Under the pieces are notes generated by a model. It made no database searches. It was given only the letters and a program-made list of their open reading frames with translations, and had not been told where the DNA came from. From Proteobacteria bacterium UBA4457 (lineage in GTDB: Bacteria > Pseudomonadota > Gammaproteobacteria > Ga0077536): DNA of 64,000 nt. The stretch is from assembly GCA_002390205.1 (NCBI GenBank), contig DGOV01000083.1:1788-65787 (forward strand). The letters are read 5' to 3'. Positions 9,009 through 21,004 of the stretch are shown here, one piece after another (position 1 is the stretch's first letter; each line of letters starts with the position of its first letter). The position numbers and the translations under genes were made by a program.

Positions 9009-9470
9009 CTAGAATGGAATGTCGTCATCAAACGGCTGAGACACTGCTTTATTGACTGGCTGATCTCCCGTTCCACTTGTCGATGGTTGCTGGGCATTGC
9101 GTGAGGATGGTTGTGGTGCATTGCTAGTGCCCCCTTTGCCCCCAAGCATTTGCATTTCATTCGCGACGATCTCGGTAGTGTAACGATCGTTACCGTCTTT
9201 ATCTTGCCATTTTTGTGTCCTGATCCTGCCTTCGATATAGATCTGCGATCCCTTTGTTAGATATTGCGTGACTACTTCCGCGGTCCTTCCAAAAAAAACG
9301 ACACGGTGCCATTCAGTTCTTTCTTGGAGCTCTTGAGTTTCTTTATCGCGCCAAGATTCTGCAGTAGCAAGACGAACCGTAGATACGGCACCCCCGTTCT
9401 GGGTAGTCCTACTTTCAGGATCCGCGCCTAGATTGCCAATTAGTGTTACTTTGTTTACGCCTCTTGCCAT
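9009..9470 (-). CDS. ssb: Single-stranded DNA-binding protein
   Basis: [30 protein letters not shown]-terminal FDDDIPF; divergent from uvrA. Confidence 0.99.
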   Translation of the reverse strand: MARGVNKVTLIGNLGADPESRTTQNGGAVSTVRLATAESWRDKETQELQERTEWHRVVFFGRTAEVVTQYLTKGSQIYIEGRIRTQKWQDKDGNDRYTTEIVANEMQMLGGKGGTSNAPQPSSRNAQQPSTSGTGDQPVNKAVSQPFDDDIPF

Positions 9471-9649
9471 TTTTCAAATCTCCTATAAATCTGTTCGCTA
9501 CTTCATGATAGAATCTTTCTCGCAAATTTCCTATTGAGTTAAACAAACAAATTCAACAACTTCTATAAGAACCCAATATAGTCGATGGTTGACATTAAAA
9601 TTATGCTTCCTATTTAAGCACTTATTTGTAGGAAGACACAACGGAGCCC

Positions 9650-12505
9650 ATGGATACAATTCTTTTACGCGGCGCGCGGACCCACAATTTAAAAAATATC
9701 GACCTTGACTTACCTCGTGACAAGCTGATTGTCATTACTGGGTTGTCCGGTTCAGGAAAATCTTCACTTGCCTTTGACACAATCTATGCCGAGGGACAGA
9801 GGAGATATGTCGAGTCTTTGTCTGCTTATGCGAGACAGTTTTTGTCGGTTATGGAAAAGCCTGATATTGATCATATTGAGGGACTATCTCCGGCAATTTC
9901 AATTGAGCAAAAATCTACATCTCATAACCCTCGATCTACGGTAGGGACGATAACGGAGATCTATGACTACCTGAGGCTACTCTTTTCTAGAGTGGGCCAA
10001 CCTCTTTGTCCGGATCATCGCGAGAATTTGGCCGCTCAGTCTGTGTCACAGATGGTTGACAACGTACTGAGTCAAGATACGGACCGACGTTGGATGTTGG
10101 TAGCACCTATAATTCGAGATAAGAAGGGAGAACACCAACAGGTGTTCGATAATTTGGCTCGGTTGGGTTACGTACGCGCGCTAGTAGATGGTGACGTTGT
10201 AGCCTTAGACGACCCGCCAGCTTTGGAGTTAAGGAAAAAACATAACATAGACGTTGTTGTTGACAGGTTTCGTATTCGCGATGACTTGAAACAGCGACTT
10301 GCCGAGTCTTTTGAGTCTGCTCTAGAGCTAGGAGATGGTTTTGCCAGACTCTGTTCGATGGATGATGGACAACCAATTGACATCCTCTTCTCATCGAGAT
10401 TTGCCTGCCCGTTATGCGGCTTTAGTATCGAAGAGCTCGAGCCTAGACTCTTTTCATTTAACAACCCTGTTGGGGCCTGTCTCACTTGCGATGGACTTGG
10501 TAACGCTCAGTACTTCGATGAAGAGCTCATTGTGCAGCAACCAGAGGCAAGTCTCCCGGCTGGCGCAATTCGAGGTTGGGATAGACGTAACACCTACTAC
10601 GCGCAATTAATTGATTCATTGGCTCGTCACTATGGTTTTGATATTGATACTCCTTTTGAGGACCTCCCTGACAATATTAAAAAAGTTGTTCTTCGAGGGA
10701 GTGGAGAAGAGGAGATCGGGTTTCGATACTCCAAGTCAAATGGAAAAATTGAAGTTCGAAGCCATGTTTTCGAGGGCGTGGTTGCTAATATGGAACGACG
10801 ATATAAAGACGCTGATTCGAATATCGTACGGGAAGAGTTAGGGCGTTACGTTGGTATTAAAGTCTGTGGCTCCTGCGATGGGACCAGATTAAATAGAGCA
10901 GCTCGGAATGTTTTTATCGGAGGCTTTAACCTGTCGCAAATTACCTCAATGTCGATAGAAGAAAGTCAGGTGTTTTTTGACGATTTGCGTTTGGAAGGCC
11001 AGCGTGCGGAGATATCTGAGCGAATAATTAAGGAAGTTAATTTACGTTTACAGTTTTTAATTAATGTTGGACTTAATTATTTGACGCTTGACCGAAGCGC
11101 AAACACGCTTTCCGGAGGCGAAGCTCAAAGGATAAGACTTGCAAGCCAAATAGGTGCGGGCTTAGTCGGGGTTATGTATGTGTTAGATGAACCTTCTATT
11201 GGTCTTCACCAAAGAGATAATCAGCGGTTACTGGACACTTTAGTCGATCTTAGGGATCGGGGTAACACTGTGATTGTTGTTGAGCACGATGAAGATGCTA
11301 TTAAAATGGCTGATTATGTCGTTGACATGGGGCCTGGAGCAGGTATCCATGGTGGACACATAGTAGCGCAAGGGACGCCGCTTGAGGTCGCTAATTGCAC
11401 AGACTCAGTCACTGGACAATATCTTTCCGGACGACGCGCAATAGAAATACCAGAGCAGCGTACCCCCTATGATGCAAGTCGTGTCCTAGAAATAATAGCA
11501 GCAAGTGGGAACAACTTAGATAATGTTACAACAGCGATTCCAGTCGGATTACTGACTTGCGTCACGGGTGTTTCTGGTTCTGGTAAATCGACACTGATAA
11601 ACGATACTCTTTACTTGACGGCAGCTCGAGACATAAATGGTGCGTCAGCGATTCCTTCAGAGTGTGGGGAGATTTTAGGTTTAGGTTATTTCGATAAGGT
11701 CGTGGATATCGATCAAAGCCCTATTGGCAGGACCCCTCGGTCTAATCCGGCAACCTACACAGGCTTATTTACTCCGATAAGAGACCTATTCGCAGCGGTC
11801 CCGGAATCAAGAGCAAGGGGGTATAACCCAGGCCGATTTAGTTTTAACGTCAAAGGTGGTCGCTGTGAAGCCTGTCAGGGTGATGGATTAATTAAAGTTG
11901 AAATGCACTTCCTGCCTGATGTGTACGTTCCATGTGACGAATGCAAAGCAAAACGATATAACAGAGAGACTCTGACTATATCGTATAAAGGGCGGACGAT
12001 CAGTGAAGTGTTGGATATGACCGTCGAGGAAGCTTGCAAATTTTTCGCATCTGTCCCTGTTCTTTCCACGAAACTAAAAACACTTATGGAAGTAGGTCTT
12101 TCTTATATACGCATCGGTCAAAATGCGACAACTCTGTCTGGGGGGGAGGCTCAGAGAGTTAAACTGTCTCGAGAGCTTTCCAAGCGCGACACGGGCAAAA
12201 CGCTTTATATCCTTGATGAGCCGACAACGGGACTTCATTTTCACGATATTGAGCAGTTGTTAAAGGTATTGCATAGTCTCCGCGATCGGGGAAATACAGT
12301 GGTAATTATAGAGCACAATTTGGACGTCATCAAAACCGCTGACTGGGTTATCGACCTAGGTCCAGAGGGTGGTAAGAATGGCGGACGGATTATTGGAGTA
12401 GGTACTCCCGAGGACCTTGCTAAGAATAGTGATTCGTATACTGGAAAATATCTCTCAGCCACTTTGAAACGAAAAAAAATGATGTCTTCAGCGGACACAG
12501 AATAA
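9650..12505 (+). CDS. uvrA: Excinuclease ABC subunit A
   Basis: Two ABC ATPase domains ([26 protein letters not shown] x2) and zinc-finger Cys motifs. Confidence 0.99.
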   Translation: MDTILLRGARTHNLKNIDLDLPRDKLIVITGLSGSGKSSLAFDTIYAEGQRRYVESLSAYARQFLSVMEKPDIDHIEGLSPAISIEQKSTSHNPRSTVGTITEIYDYLRLLFSRVGQPLCPDHRENLAAQSVSQMVDNVLSQDTDRRWMLVAPIIRDKKGEHQQVFDNLARLGYVRALVDGDVVALDDPPALELRKKHNIDVVVDRFRIRDDLKQRLAESFESALELGDGFARLCSMDDGQPIDILFSSRFACPLCGFSIEELEPRLFSFNNPVGACLTCDGLGNAQYFDEELIVQQPEASLPAGAIRGWDRRNTYYAQLIDSLARHYGFDIDTPFEDLPDNIKKVVLRGSGEEEIGFRYSKSNGKIEVRSHVFEGVVANMERRYKDADSNIVREELGRYVGIKVCGSCDGTRLNRAARNVFIGGFNLSQITSMSIEESQVFFDDLRLEGQRAEISERIIKEVNLRLQFLINVGLNYLTLDRSANTLSGGEAQRIRLASQIGAGLVGVMYVLDEPSIGLHQRDNQRLLDTLVDLRDRGNTVIVVEHDEDAIKMADYVVDMGPGAGIHGGHIVAQGTPLEVANCTDSVTGQYLSGRRAIEIPEQRTPYDASRVLEIIAASGNNLDNVTTAIPVGLLTCVTGVSGSGKSTLINDTLYLTAARDINGASAIPSECGEILGLGYFDKVVDIDQSPIGRTPRSNPATYTGLFTPIRDLFAAVPESRARGYNPGRFSFNVKGGRCEACQGDGLIKVEMHFLPDVYVPCDECKAKRYNRETLTISYKGRTISEVLDMTVEEACKFFASVPVLSTKLKTLMEVGLSYIRIGQNATTLSGGEAQRVKLSRELSKRDTGKTLYILDEPTTGLHFHDIEQLLKVLHSLRDRGNTVVIIEHNLDVIKTADWVIDLGPEGGKNGGRIIGVGTPEDLAKNSDSYTGKYLSATLKRKKMMSSADTE

Positions 12506-12525
12506 ATATATAGGAGAAAAATAAA

Positions 12526-13464
12526 ATGTCTATTTTGATTTGTGGATCTTTTGCGTATGACAACATAATGAGTTTTGGAGAGAGATTTAAAGATCATATC
12601 CTTCCAGAGCAGCTGGATATTCTAAATGTATGTTTCTTAACGCCGACTTTGAGAAGGGAGTATGGCGGTGTGGCAGGGAATATTGCATATAATTTAAAAA
12701 TGATAGGTGCAGAACCTATTCCTATGGGGACTGTAGGCGAAGATTTTGCCCCTTATGCGGCTTGGATAGACAAACTCGGTATTTCTCGAAACAGTGTTGT
12801 TGGTGTTCCAGGGACTATGACTGCACAAGCTTTTATTACAACTGATCTTGATGGGAATCAGATTACACTTTTTCATCCTGGAGCTATGGATGCTTCTGCT
12901 CAGAATAGCGTTAACGACGCGCGAAAATCTCGGTTGGCAATTGTCTCTCCTGACGGACGAGAAGGTATGATTCTGCATGCTGAACAGTTGGTTTCAGCAG
13001 ATATCCCTTTTGTTTTTGACCCTGGGCAAGGTTTACCTATGTTTAGTGGTCCTGAGTTGGTTAAGTTTATAAAGCAGGCACAGTGGATTACAGTCAATGC
13101 TTATGAGGCTGAGTTAATGCAAGAGAAGACAGGGATGGCGATAGCTGAAATCGCCGGTCAATTAGACGCTTTGATTGTTACAAGAGGTAGTGAAGGTTCT
13201 GATATTTATACTGATGGTAAACATGTGAAAATACCTGTAGCTCCCGTTTCTGCAGCTTTAGATCCGACAGGCTGTGGAGATGCTTATCGTGCCGGGATTT
13301 TGTTTGGGATTGAACAAGGCCTCTCTTGGGAGGTGTCCGGTCGGGTTGCTGCTTTATTAGGAGCAATCAAAATCGAGAGTCACGGGACGCAGAACCATAA
13401 GTTGACTCGTTCTGACTTTGAGGCACGATACCTTATTAGTTTCGGCCTACCCTTGGTCTGGTGA
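12526..13464 (+). CDS. PfkB family carbohydrate/nucleoside kinase (adenosine kinase-like)
   Basis: GGVAGNIAYNL and DPTGCGDAYRAG PfkB signatures. Confidence 0.88.
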   Translation: MSILICGSFAYDNIMSFGERFKDHILPEQLDILNVCFLTPTLRREYGGVAGNIAYNLKMIGAEPIPMGTVGEDFAPYAAWIDKLGISRNSVVGVPGTMTAQAFITTDLDGNQITLFHPGAMDASAQNSVNDARKSRLAIVSPDGREGMILHAEQLVSADIPFVFDPGQGLPMFSGPELVKFIKQAQWITVNAYEAELMQEKTGMAIAEIAGQLDALIVTRGSEGSDIYTDGKHVKIPVAPVSAALDPTGCGDAYRAGILFGIEQGLSWEVSGRVAALLGAIKIESHGTQNHKLTRSDFEARYLISFGLPLVW

Positions 13465-13486
13465 TAATACAGAGGCTCATTTCCTT

Positions 13487-14269
13487 GTGATTTTTTTCCC
13501 CGATATTGATCCTGTTGCACTGCGTATTGGTCCGCTGAGTATTTATTGGTATGGGTTGTCTTATTTAGTGGGGATTGCCATAGCTTGGAAATATTTATCG
13601 GCCAAAGGCAAGCGATTAGGTCCAGCATGGGATGGGGAAAAGGTGTCGGACGTTATTTTCTGCGCTGCTCTAGGTGGCATAGTAGGTGGGCGTCTTGGTT
13701 ATATTCTATTTTACAATGCTGCAAGTTATTTTGATGCTCCTCTGAGTATTTTTTCTATTTGGGAAGGTGGCATGTCCTTTCATGGGGGAGTCTTGGGAGT
13801 TACTGTAGCTCTCTTTTGGCTATCTCGAAAATGGGGAAAGACTTTTTTGTCGCTGACTGACTTCATTGTTCCGGCACTTCCTATATGCTTAGGGTTAGGT
13901 AGAGTTGCTAATTTTGTTAATCAAGAACTATGGGGTGCCCAGACTTCTCTCCCATGGGGTGTTGTCTTCACAAACCCTGCCGCTGGCTTTGTAGCGAGAC
14001 ACCCCACCCAGCTATATGAAGCGCTGTTGGAAGGGTTGGTGCTATTCTATCTACTGCACCTCCTTGGCAGACAGGCGAAACCCTTAGGAGTGCTTTCAGG
14101 TTGGTTTCTTTGTCTTTATGGTACTTTTCGTTGTGGTGTAGAGTTTTTCAGAGAGCCTGATGCTCATATAGGTTACCTTGCGGCAGATTGGTTCACTATG
14201 GGCCAAGCTTTGAGCGTTCCGATGATATTGATCGGGCTAATATTAGTCCTGCGTAATAGAGCTTTATAG
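13487..14269 (+). CDS. lgt: Prolipoprotein diacylglyceryl transferase
   Basis: WYGLSY, GGRLGYILFY, GGMSFHGG, GRVANFVNQELWG, RHPTQLYE. Start moved to the GTG at 13487. Confidence 0.97.
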   Translation: MIFFPDIDPVALRIGPLSIYWYGLSYLVGIAIAWKYLSAKGKRLGPAWDGEKVSDVIFCAALGGIVGGRLGYILFYNAASYFDAPLSIFSIWEGGMSFHGGVLGVTVALFWLSRKWGKTFLSLTDFIVPALPICLGLGRVANFVNQELWGAQTSLPWGVVFTNPAAGFVARHPTQLYEALLEGLVLFYLLHLLGRQAKPLGVLSGWFLCLYGTFRCGVEFFREPDAHIGYLAADWFTMGQALSVPMILIGLILVLRNRAL

Positions 14270-14364
14270 GCAATAAGATTTCCACGCGTACTGCATTGGT
14301 TCAAGGCGTTAGCTTGATAATTAGTCATCGACGAGATATAAAGCAATGATGTTGAGTAAAGAAT

Positions 14365-15159
14365 ATGAATAGCTATTTACAGCTGCTTCGTCATGTCCGT
14401 GATCATGGTGTTAGAAAGCAAGATCGCACTGGCACTGGAACATTAAGTGTCTTCGGGTACCAGATGAGATTTAAGCTATCCGAAGGCTTTCCCTTATTAA
14501 CGACTAAAAAAGTTCATTTGAAGTCTATTATTCACGAATTAATTTGGTTTCTCCGTGGGGACTCTAATATCGCTTATCTGAAAGAAAATGGGGTAAGTAT
14601 TTGGGACGAGTGGGCTGATGAGGCAGGAGAGCTAGGTCCAGTATATGGGGTTCAATGGAGGTCTTGGGAAAATCCGAACGGCGAAACGATAGATCAGGTA
14701 AGAGACGTTTTAAAAGAGATAGCGGTAAATCCAGATTCGCGACGCCTAATCATCAGTGCCTGGAATGTGAGTGATGTCGGCAATATGGCGCTTGCGCCCT
14801 GCCATGCTTTGTTTCAATTTTATGTCGCCGAAGGTAAGTTATCTTGCCAGTTGTACCAGCGCAGTGGTGATGTTTTCTTAGGCATTCCTTTTAATATCGC
14901 TTCCTACGCTTTGTTAACAATGATGATTGCGCAAGTATGTGAACTGGAGGTTGGCGACTTTGTGCATACTATTGGAGATGCACATATATATCTTAACCAC
15001 TTGGAGCAGACTGAGTTACAGCTATCTAGAGAGTGTCGGACCCTTCCTGAGATGAGAATAAATTCTTCAGTGTCGAGTCTTTTTGACTTTAAATACGAGG
15101 ATTTTCAATTGGTCAACTACAACCCACACCCTCATATTAGCGCTCCTGTTGCAATTTGA
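14365..15159 (+). CDS. thyA: Thymidylate synthase
   Basis: [34 protein letters not shown]. Confidence 0.99.
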   Translation: MNSYLQLLRHVRDHGVRKQDRTGTGTLSVFGYQMRFKLSEGFPLLTTKKVHLKSIIHELIWFLRGDSNIAYLKENGVSIWDEWADEAGELGPVYGVQWRSWENPNGETIDQVRDVLKEIAVNPDSRRLIISAWNVSDVGNMALAPCHALFQFYVAEGKLSCQLYQRSGDVFLGIPFNIASYALLTMMIAQVCELEVGDFVHTIGDAHIYLNHLEQTELQLSRECRTLPEMRINSSVSSLFDFKYEDFQLVNYNPHPHISAPVAI

Positions 15160-15176
15160 ACTAGGCTTAACTAATA

Positions 15177-15674
15177 GTGTCCGTATTAAAATTAAGTATG
15201 ATAGCTGCGGTTGATATGGCGCGAGTTATCGGTGTAAGGGGCGAGCTGCCTTGGCATCTGCCTAACGACCTTAAGAGATTTAAACAGCTTACGATGGGTA
15301 AGCCAATCATTATGGGTCGTAAAACCTTCGAGTCGATAGGGAGGCCTTTGCCAGGGCGCAAAAATATAGTTTTGACTAAGAATATGGATTTTTCTTCGGA
15401 TGGGATTGAATGCTATTCCTCTCTAGTTTCGGCTTTAAGTGCGTTAGAAAACGAAGAAGAAGTTTTTGTTATCGGAGGCGGGATGATTTATAAAGAGGCC
15501 TTGTCTCGGGTTACAACAATTTATCTTACCGAAGTCAGGACGCTGTTGGATGGTGACGCGTACTTTCCCAATTTCGATTTGTCTGAATGGAAAGAGGTGT
15601 CTTCAGAGTTACGTGACAGTGATGCCGACCATCTTTATTCATATCGTTTCTGCCATCTGGAAAAAATCGTCTAG
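15177..15674 (+). CDS. folA: Dihydrofolate reductase
   Basis: IAAVD, LPWHLPNDLKRFKQLT, IMGRKTFESIGRPLPGRKNIVL, IGGGMIY. Confidence 0.97.
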   Translation: MSVLKLSMIAAVDMARVIGVRGELPWHLPNDLKRFKQLTMGKPIIMGRKTFESIGRPLPGRKNIVLTKNMDFSSDGIECYSSLVSALSALENEEEVFVIGGGMIYKEALSRVTTIYLTEVRTLLDGDAYFPNFDLSEWKEVSSELRDSDADHLYSYRFCHLEKIV

Positions 15675-16510
15675 TCGACTGGGTGTTGTTGCGCTTCCAC
15701 CGAGAATGTTTCTCTGTCTTCAAGTCGCATGGCAGTTAACTTCCTACCCCATACCGCTCCTGTGTCTAGCGGATATACCGAGTGTTTTTCCCATTCTACT
15801 CTAGGTAGATTTAACGATGCCCAGTGCCCAAATAGGATGCGGATGTTTGCCGTTTTCCTAGCTGGCATTAAGTACCAAGGGACCAGCTCTGCAGAAACGG
15901 CCACCGGAGTCCTTTTCTCGGAGAAGTTCATAGCCCCTTGTTTGGTAAAATACCTACACCGAGTCAAGCAATTTGCTATGAACCTTAGCCGGTCATTACC
16001 CGCTAGCTTATCGTTCCAAGTAGTAGGCTCATTACCATACATTGACAGAAGAAACTCGCTACTTGTGCCTTCGTTAGCCAACACTGACTCTAGCTCCTCA
16101 GCTAAATCAAGAGTTTTTTCTAGCGACCATTCTGGAGGGACGCCAGCATGAACCATTGCAAAATTAAGTTTTGCATCCCAGTGGAAAAATGATTGATTTT
16201 TCAGCCATTCAACAATTTTACTGCAGTTTGGAGAAGCCAAAATATCGTGAAAAGTATCTTTTGAGTTTTTTATTGGCGCTCCTGAAGCAACTAACGCAAG
16301 TAGGTGTAACTCGTGATTTCCGAGGACAATTTTTGCAGCGCTCCCTAGCCTCATAACTTGGTCCATAACGGCTAATGAAGATGGTCCCCTGTTTATGAGA
16401 TCTCCAGCTAACCACAGTATATCGGTGCGTTTGTTGAAATCGATCAATTTCAGGAGTCTTGATAACTCATTGTGGCAACCTTGAACATCGCCCACTGCAT
16501 AGGTCGACAA
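15671..16510 (-). CDS. apaH: Symmetrical bis(5'-nucleosyl)-tetraphosphatase
   Basis: YAVGDVQGC, GDLINRGP, VLGNHE, FGHWASL, LDTGAVWG. Confidence 0.96.
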   Translation of the reverse strand: MSTYAVGDVQGCHNELSRLLKLIDFNKRTDILWLAGDLINRGPSSLAVMDQVMRLGSAAKIVLGNHELHLLALVASGAPIKNSKDTFHDILASPNCSKIVEWLKNQSFFHWDAKLNFAMVHAGVPPEWSLEKTLDLAEELESVLANEGTSSEFLLSMYGNEPTTWNDKLAGNDRLRFIANCLTRCRYFTKQGAMNFSEKRTPVAVSAELVPWYLMPARKTANIRILFGHWASLNLPRVEWEKHSVYPLDTGAVWGRKLTAMRLEDRETFSVEAQQHPVD

Positions 16511-16528
16511 CTTTATCTACCTGTTGTG

Positions 16529-16933
16529 TTAATGAAGGGCATTTGGAATCGCCAAGCGGAAACTAGGCACTGAAGCCTTAAACCTCGTTCCGTCAGATGC
16601 TAGCATTCCATAGGAGCCTTTCATTGTGCCAAAGACTGTTGAGATTTGAGAGGCGCTGCTATAGGTGAATATTTCTCCAGGCTCTAAAAGAGGTTCTTCG
16701 CCTACAACTCCTCTACCACGGACTTCCTGTGTAGCTCCTTCGCCGTCAATAATTATCCAATGTCTATCTTCTAGACGAGCGGCTATCTGTCCCGTATTCG
16801 TTAGGGTAATCGTATATGCGAACACGTATCGGTTCGTCTCTGGAGCAGATTGGGCTTCAAGGTAGTTACTTACTCCATTGACCGAGATCTGGTAGATGCT
16901 TTTCCCTTTAGGTTCCTGAAGCAAGCGGCTCAT
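16529..16933 (-). CDS. apaG: ApaG protein
   Basis: YVFAYTITLTN, RHWIIIDG, VRGRGVVGEEP, GTMKGSY. Confidence 0.96.
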   Translation of the reverse strand: MSRLLQEPKGKSIYQISVNGVSNYLEAQSAPETNRYVFAYTITLTNTGQIAARLEDRHWIIIDGEGATQEVRGRGVVGEEPLLEPGEIFTYSSASQISTVFGTMKGSYGMLASDGTRFKASVPSFRLAIPNALH

Positions 16934-16943
16934 TCCTTTCTCA

Positions 16944-17183
16944 TTAAGTACTTTTTATATTTTTGATAATAGCTTCTAAATCTTCTAATTGTTTTTGAGC
17001 CTTCTGCAGTAATTCATTTTGTGCATCAAACTCTTCTCGAGTCACTAGATTGGCTCGCTTCAGAAAAGAATGTACCAGTGGTTTGGAAGTGTTTTTGAAT
17101 TCTTCTGCCAGTATCCGGGGATCTTCTGGGAGAATTTTTTTAATTCGCTGTGCCAAGATTTCTATTTTTTGAAAATCAAACAA
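16944..17183 (-). CDS. ubiK: Ubiquinone biosynthesis accessory factor UbiK (BMFP family)
   Basis: LVTREEFDAQNELL coiled-coil motif; divergent from glnK, as in other gammaproteobacteria. Confidence 0.85.
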   Translation of the reverse strand: MFDFQKIEILAQRIKKILPEDPRILAEEFKNTSKPLVHSFLKRANLVTREEFDAQNELLQKAQKQLEDLEAIIKNIKST

Positions 17184-17251
17184 TTTGGTGCCCTCTATAG
17201 ATTAGCTATTTTAAGCTAATCGCCCTTAGTCAAGTCAAGCGGCGATAAAAT

Positions 17252-17268
17252 TGCATTATTGTGGTGCG
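17252..17268. promoter_or_regulatory. NtrC-type enhancer site
   Basis: TGCATTATTGTGGTGCG versus the consensus TGCACCAnnnTGGTGCA, about 65 bp upstream of a sigma54 promoter. Confidence 0.6.
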
Positions 17269-17331
17269 CTTTTACGATTCAGTAAATATGACCCTAGCAA
17301 GCTAAGGCACAAATAATAATAGTTTTTCTAT

Positions 17332-17347
17332 TGGCACGCATAATGCA
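17332..17347 (+). promoter_or_regulatory. sigma54 (-24/-12) promoter of glnK1-amt1
   Basis: TGGCACGCATAATGCA: GG-N10-GC with a TGGCAC core. Confidence 0.8.
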
Positions 17348-17409
17348 TGTATCTAGATACTTCAGCAAGAGGTGCTTAACCTTCCTTGCTTTTTTTAAGT
17401 TTATTTTAA

Positions 17410-17766
<357 letters not shown>

Positions 17767-17803
17767 GAGTTTACATAATTTATATAATTTGGAGGATTTT
17801 AAA

Positions 17804-19054
17804 GTGGATGCGTCTGTAATTGAAGTCAAGTACGCAATGGATACCTTCTACTTCCTAGTCATGGGTGCGTTCGTCATGTTAATGGCGTGCGGTTTTTCTA
17901 TGCTCGAGGCTGGATTGGTTAGAAGTAAAAACACAGCGGAAATTTTAACGAAAAACATCGTTCTCTACGCAGTAGCATGTACCATGTACTTGCTCTGCGG
18001 ATATGCGTTCATGTACCCAGGGGAAGGAGTTAATCTGCTCTGGCCTGGTCTACCTAGTATTCTTGGAGGCGTCGATAATACTGCTGCTGATGTTATCGCT
18101 AGTGAGGGCGATATTTATTACTCAGGGTTGTCGGACTTTTTCTTTCAAGCGGTCTTCGTTGCCGCTGCAATGTCAGTGGTTTCAGGAGCCGTCGCTGAGA
18201 GGATGAAGCTATGGTCCTTTCTGGCATTTGCAGTTGTGATGACAGGGTTTATTTATCCTATCGAAGGCTATTGGAAGTGGGGTGGTGGCTACCTTAATGA
18301 AGCAGGGTTCCTTGATTTTGCAGGCTCTGGAGTTGTGCATATGACTGGCGCGGTTGCCGCTCTAGCTGGCGTAATGCTTCTCGGTGCCAGGAAAGGCAAG
18401 TATGCTTCAGACGGAACTGTTAATCCTATCCCAGGGGCCAACTTGCCTCTTGCCACTCTTGGAACATTTCTATTGTGGTTTGGTTGGTTCGGTTTTAATG
18501 GCGGTTCTGAGCTGGTTATGTCTAATGTGGCCGAAGCTAATGCGGTGGCAATGATTTTTGTCAACACAAATGCGGCAGCAGCAGGTGGTTGTATTGCGGC
18601 TTTAATCACGGCTAGATTGCTTTTTGGTAAAGCTGATCTGACCATGGTTCTAAATGGCGCATTGGCAGGACTCGTCTCTATCACAGCTGAACCTTTAACT
18701 CCGACTCCTTTGCTAGCCACCATAATTGGTGGGATAGGCGGGATCATAGTAGTGTTCTCAATAGTTGGTCTTGACAAGTTCAAGCTTGACGATCCGGTCG
18801 GTGCCATCTCCGTTCATGGTACTGCAGGAATTTGGGGCTTACTTGCTGTCTGTCTCAGCAATTCGGATGCTACTTTGTATGCCCAGTTGCTAGGTATTGC
18901 AATGATATTCGCTTGGGTGTTCATCACATCGCTCATAGTTTGGGCAGTAATAAAAGCTGTAGCCGGTATAAGAGTTAGCGAAGAAGAAGAAATAGAGGGT
19001 GTTGATAAATCAGAGTGTGGTTTAGATGCATATCCGGAATTTACTAAACGTTAA
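17804..19054 (+). CDS. amt: Ammonium transporter, divergent (marine-type) Amt without signal peptide
   Basis: GFSMLEAG, DFAGSGVVH, WFGWFGFNGGS, DDPVGAISVHG (twin His). Start moved to the GTG at 17804, after a GGAGGA RBS. Confidence 0.93.
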   Translation: MDASVIEVKYAMDTFYFLVMGAFVMLMACGFSMLEAGLVRSKNTAEILTKNIVLYAVACTMYLLCGYAFMYPGEGVNLLWPGLPSILGGVDNTAADVIASEGDIYYSGLSDFFFQAVFVAAAMSVVSGAVAERMKLWSFLAFAVVMTGFIYPIEGYWKWGGGYLNEAGFLDFAGSGVVHMTGAVAALAGVMLLGARKGKYASDGTVNPIPGANLPLATLGTFLLWFGWFGFNGGSELVMSNVAEANAVAMIFVNTNAAAAGGCIAALITARLLFGKADLTMVLNGALAGLVSITAEPLTPTPLLATIIGGIGGIIVVFSIVGLDKFKLDDPVGAISVHGTAGIWGLLAVCLSNSDATLYAQLLGIAMIFAWVFITSLIVWAVIKAVAGIRVSEEEEIEGVDKSECGLDAYPEFTKR

Positions 19055-19083
19055 ACTGTGCCTGACTATATAAATAGTCAAAT

Positions 19084-19121
19084 AAAAGAGCTGGGGGGCA
19101 GAGATGTTCTCCAGTTCTTTT
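19084..19121 (+). terminator. Intrinsic terminator after amt copy 1
   Basis: AAAAGAGCTGGGGG...TCTCCAGTTCTTTT stem with G-U pairs and a U tract. Confidence 0.6.
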
Positions 19122-19255
19122 GTCTTAAAAAATATTTCTTTGCCCTTTGATAGAGTGAAAGCAATACAAAACTGGTATAGTTTGGTTAGGAAAAGCTAGC
19201 CGCTAATTAAGTAAAGTTGAATACTTTTTGTAGGCGCTTTCTATTTTGAACCTGA

Positions 19256-19621
<366 letters not shown>

Positions 19622-19674
19622 GCTTCTCATGGTTAATGATTTTTTTACTTAGTATTCTGAGGGAGTTGAAAAAT

Positions 19675-20952
19675 ATGTGGTATTTTATTGGTATATTGGG
19701 TTTGGCTACCTTACCCAGTTTAGCTTTGGCGGATGGATTGGATACCGGAGATACGGCCTGGCTTTTGACTGCGACCGCCTTAGTTTTGTTTATGACAATC
19801 CCAGGTTTGGCTCTTTTTTATAGTGGTCTAGTCCGCGCAAAGAACACACTGTCTGTACTGATGCAGTGCTTTGCGATTACTTGCCTGATGTCTTTACTGT
19901 GGATGTTTGCGGGTTATGGGCTAGCCTTTGGAGATGGTGGGGCGTGGAATAATTTTATCGGCAGTGGCAACATTATGCTGGCGGATGTGACTCGTGCCGG
20001 GATGAGTGGGGCTATTCCAGAAACTGTATTCATTATGTTTCAAATGACATTTGCCGTGATTACCCCCGCTCTTATAGTTGGAGGCTTCGCCGAAAGGATG
20101 AAGTTTTCCGCTGTTCTTGTATTTAGTACTCTCTGGATGTTTGTTGTATATGTGCCCGTATGCCATTGGGTATGGGGTGACGGTTGGCTCGCTCAGATGG
20201 GTTTGCTTGATTTTGCGGGCGGCACTGTTGTCCATATCAATGCTGGCGTCGCCGCGATAATTGCGGCGATGGTTCTGGGGAAACGTAAGGGATTTCCTAA
20301 TAGTGCTATGCCACCGCATAACTTAACTATGACTGTCACTGGGGCTGCAATGCTTTGGGTTGGATGGTTTGGTTTTAATGCTGGTAGCGCAGTTGCCGCA
20401 AATGGGGATGCTGGAATGGCGATGTTAGTGACACATATATCAGCAGCAGCAGGTTCTCTGGCATGGATGTGTATTGAATGGGTAAAACATGGGAAACCGA
20501 GTGTCCTAGGCATAGTAACCGGAATGGTCGCCGGACTAGGTACTATTACCCCTGCATCAGGATATGTGGGCCCCATTGGCGCGCTAGTCATTGGGATTTC
20601 GGCCGGGATAGTCTGCTATTACAGCACTCAATATATTAAGCGGACGTTAAAAATCGACGACTCGCTGGATGTTTTTCCTGTGCATGGGGTAGGAGGGATA
20701 TTAGGTACTATTCTTGCTGGCGTTTTCGTAGCAGAGCAGTTTGGTGGGATTGGATATGCTGAGGGATTTACTATGAGTTCTCAGCTTATTGTGCAACTGT
20801 ATGGAGTTCTTGCCACTACTTTTTGGTGCGGTATTATGACATTAGTGTTGTTATTGTTAACCAAGAAGCTAGTTGGTTTAAGAATCACTGAGGATCAAGA
20901 AAATGTTGGTTTAGACGTTTCTGAGCACGACGAGCGAGGCTACATCATATAG
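19675..20952 (+). CDS. amtB: Ammonium transporter AmtB (canonical type)
   Basis: DTGDTAW, PGLALFYSGLVR, DFAGGTVVH, PHNL, DDSLDVFPVHG. Start moved to the ATG at 19675. Confidence 0.95.
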   Translation: MWYFIGILGLATLPSLALADGLDTGDTAWLLTATALVLFMTIPGLALFYSGLVRAKNTLSVLMQCFAITCLMSLLWMFAGYGLAFGDGGAWNNFIGSGNIMLADVTRAGMSGAIPETVFIMFQMTFAVITPALIVGGFAERMKFSAVLVFSTLWMFVVYVPVCHWVWGDGWLAQMGLLDFAGGTVVHINAGVAAIIAAMVLGKRKGFPNSAMPPHNLTMTVTGAAMLWVGWFGFNAGSAVAANGDAGMAMLVTHISAAAGSLAWMCIEWVKHGKPSVLGIVTGMVAGLGTITPASGYVGPIGALVIGISAGIVCYYSTQYIKRTLKIDDSLDVFPVHGVGGILGTILAGVFVAEQFGGIGYAEGFTMSSQLIVQLYGVLATTFWCGIMTLVLLLLTKKLVGLRITEDQENVGLDVSEHDERGYII

Positions 20953-21004
20953 TTATAAGGCTTGCTTGCTTTAGTTAGTCAGCGAGTCTAACTATTAGTA
21001 AATA

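Noticed and set aside
9471-9649. LexA (SOS) box in the ssb/uvrA divergent promoter
   Set aside because: No CTGT-N8-ACAG match; the CTGT at 9501 is not followed by ACAG at the right spacing.
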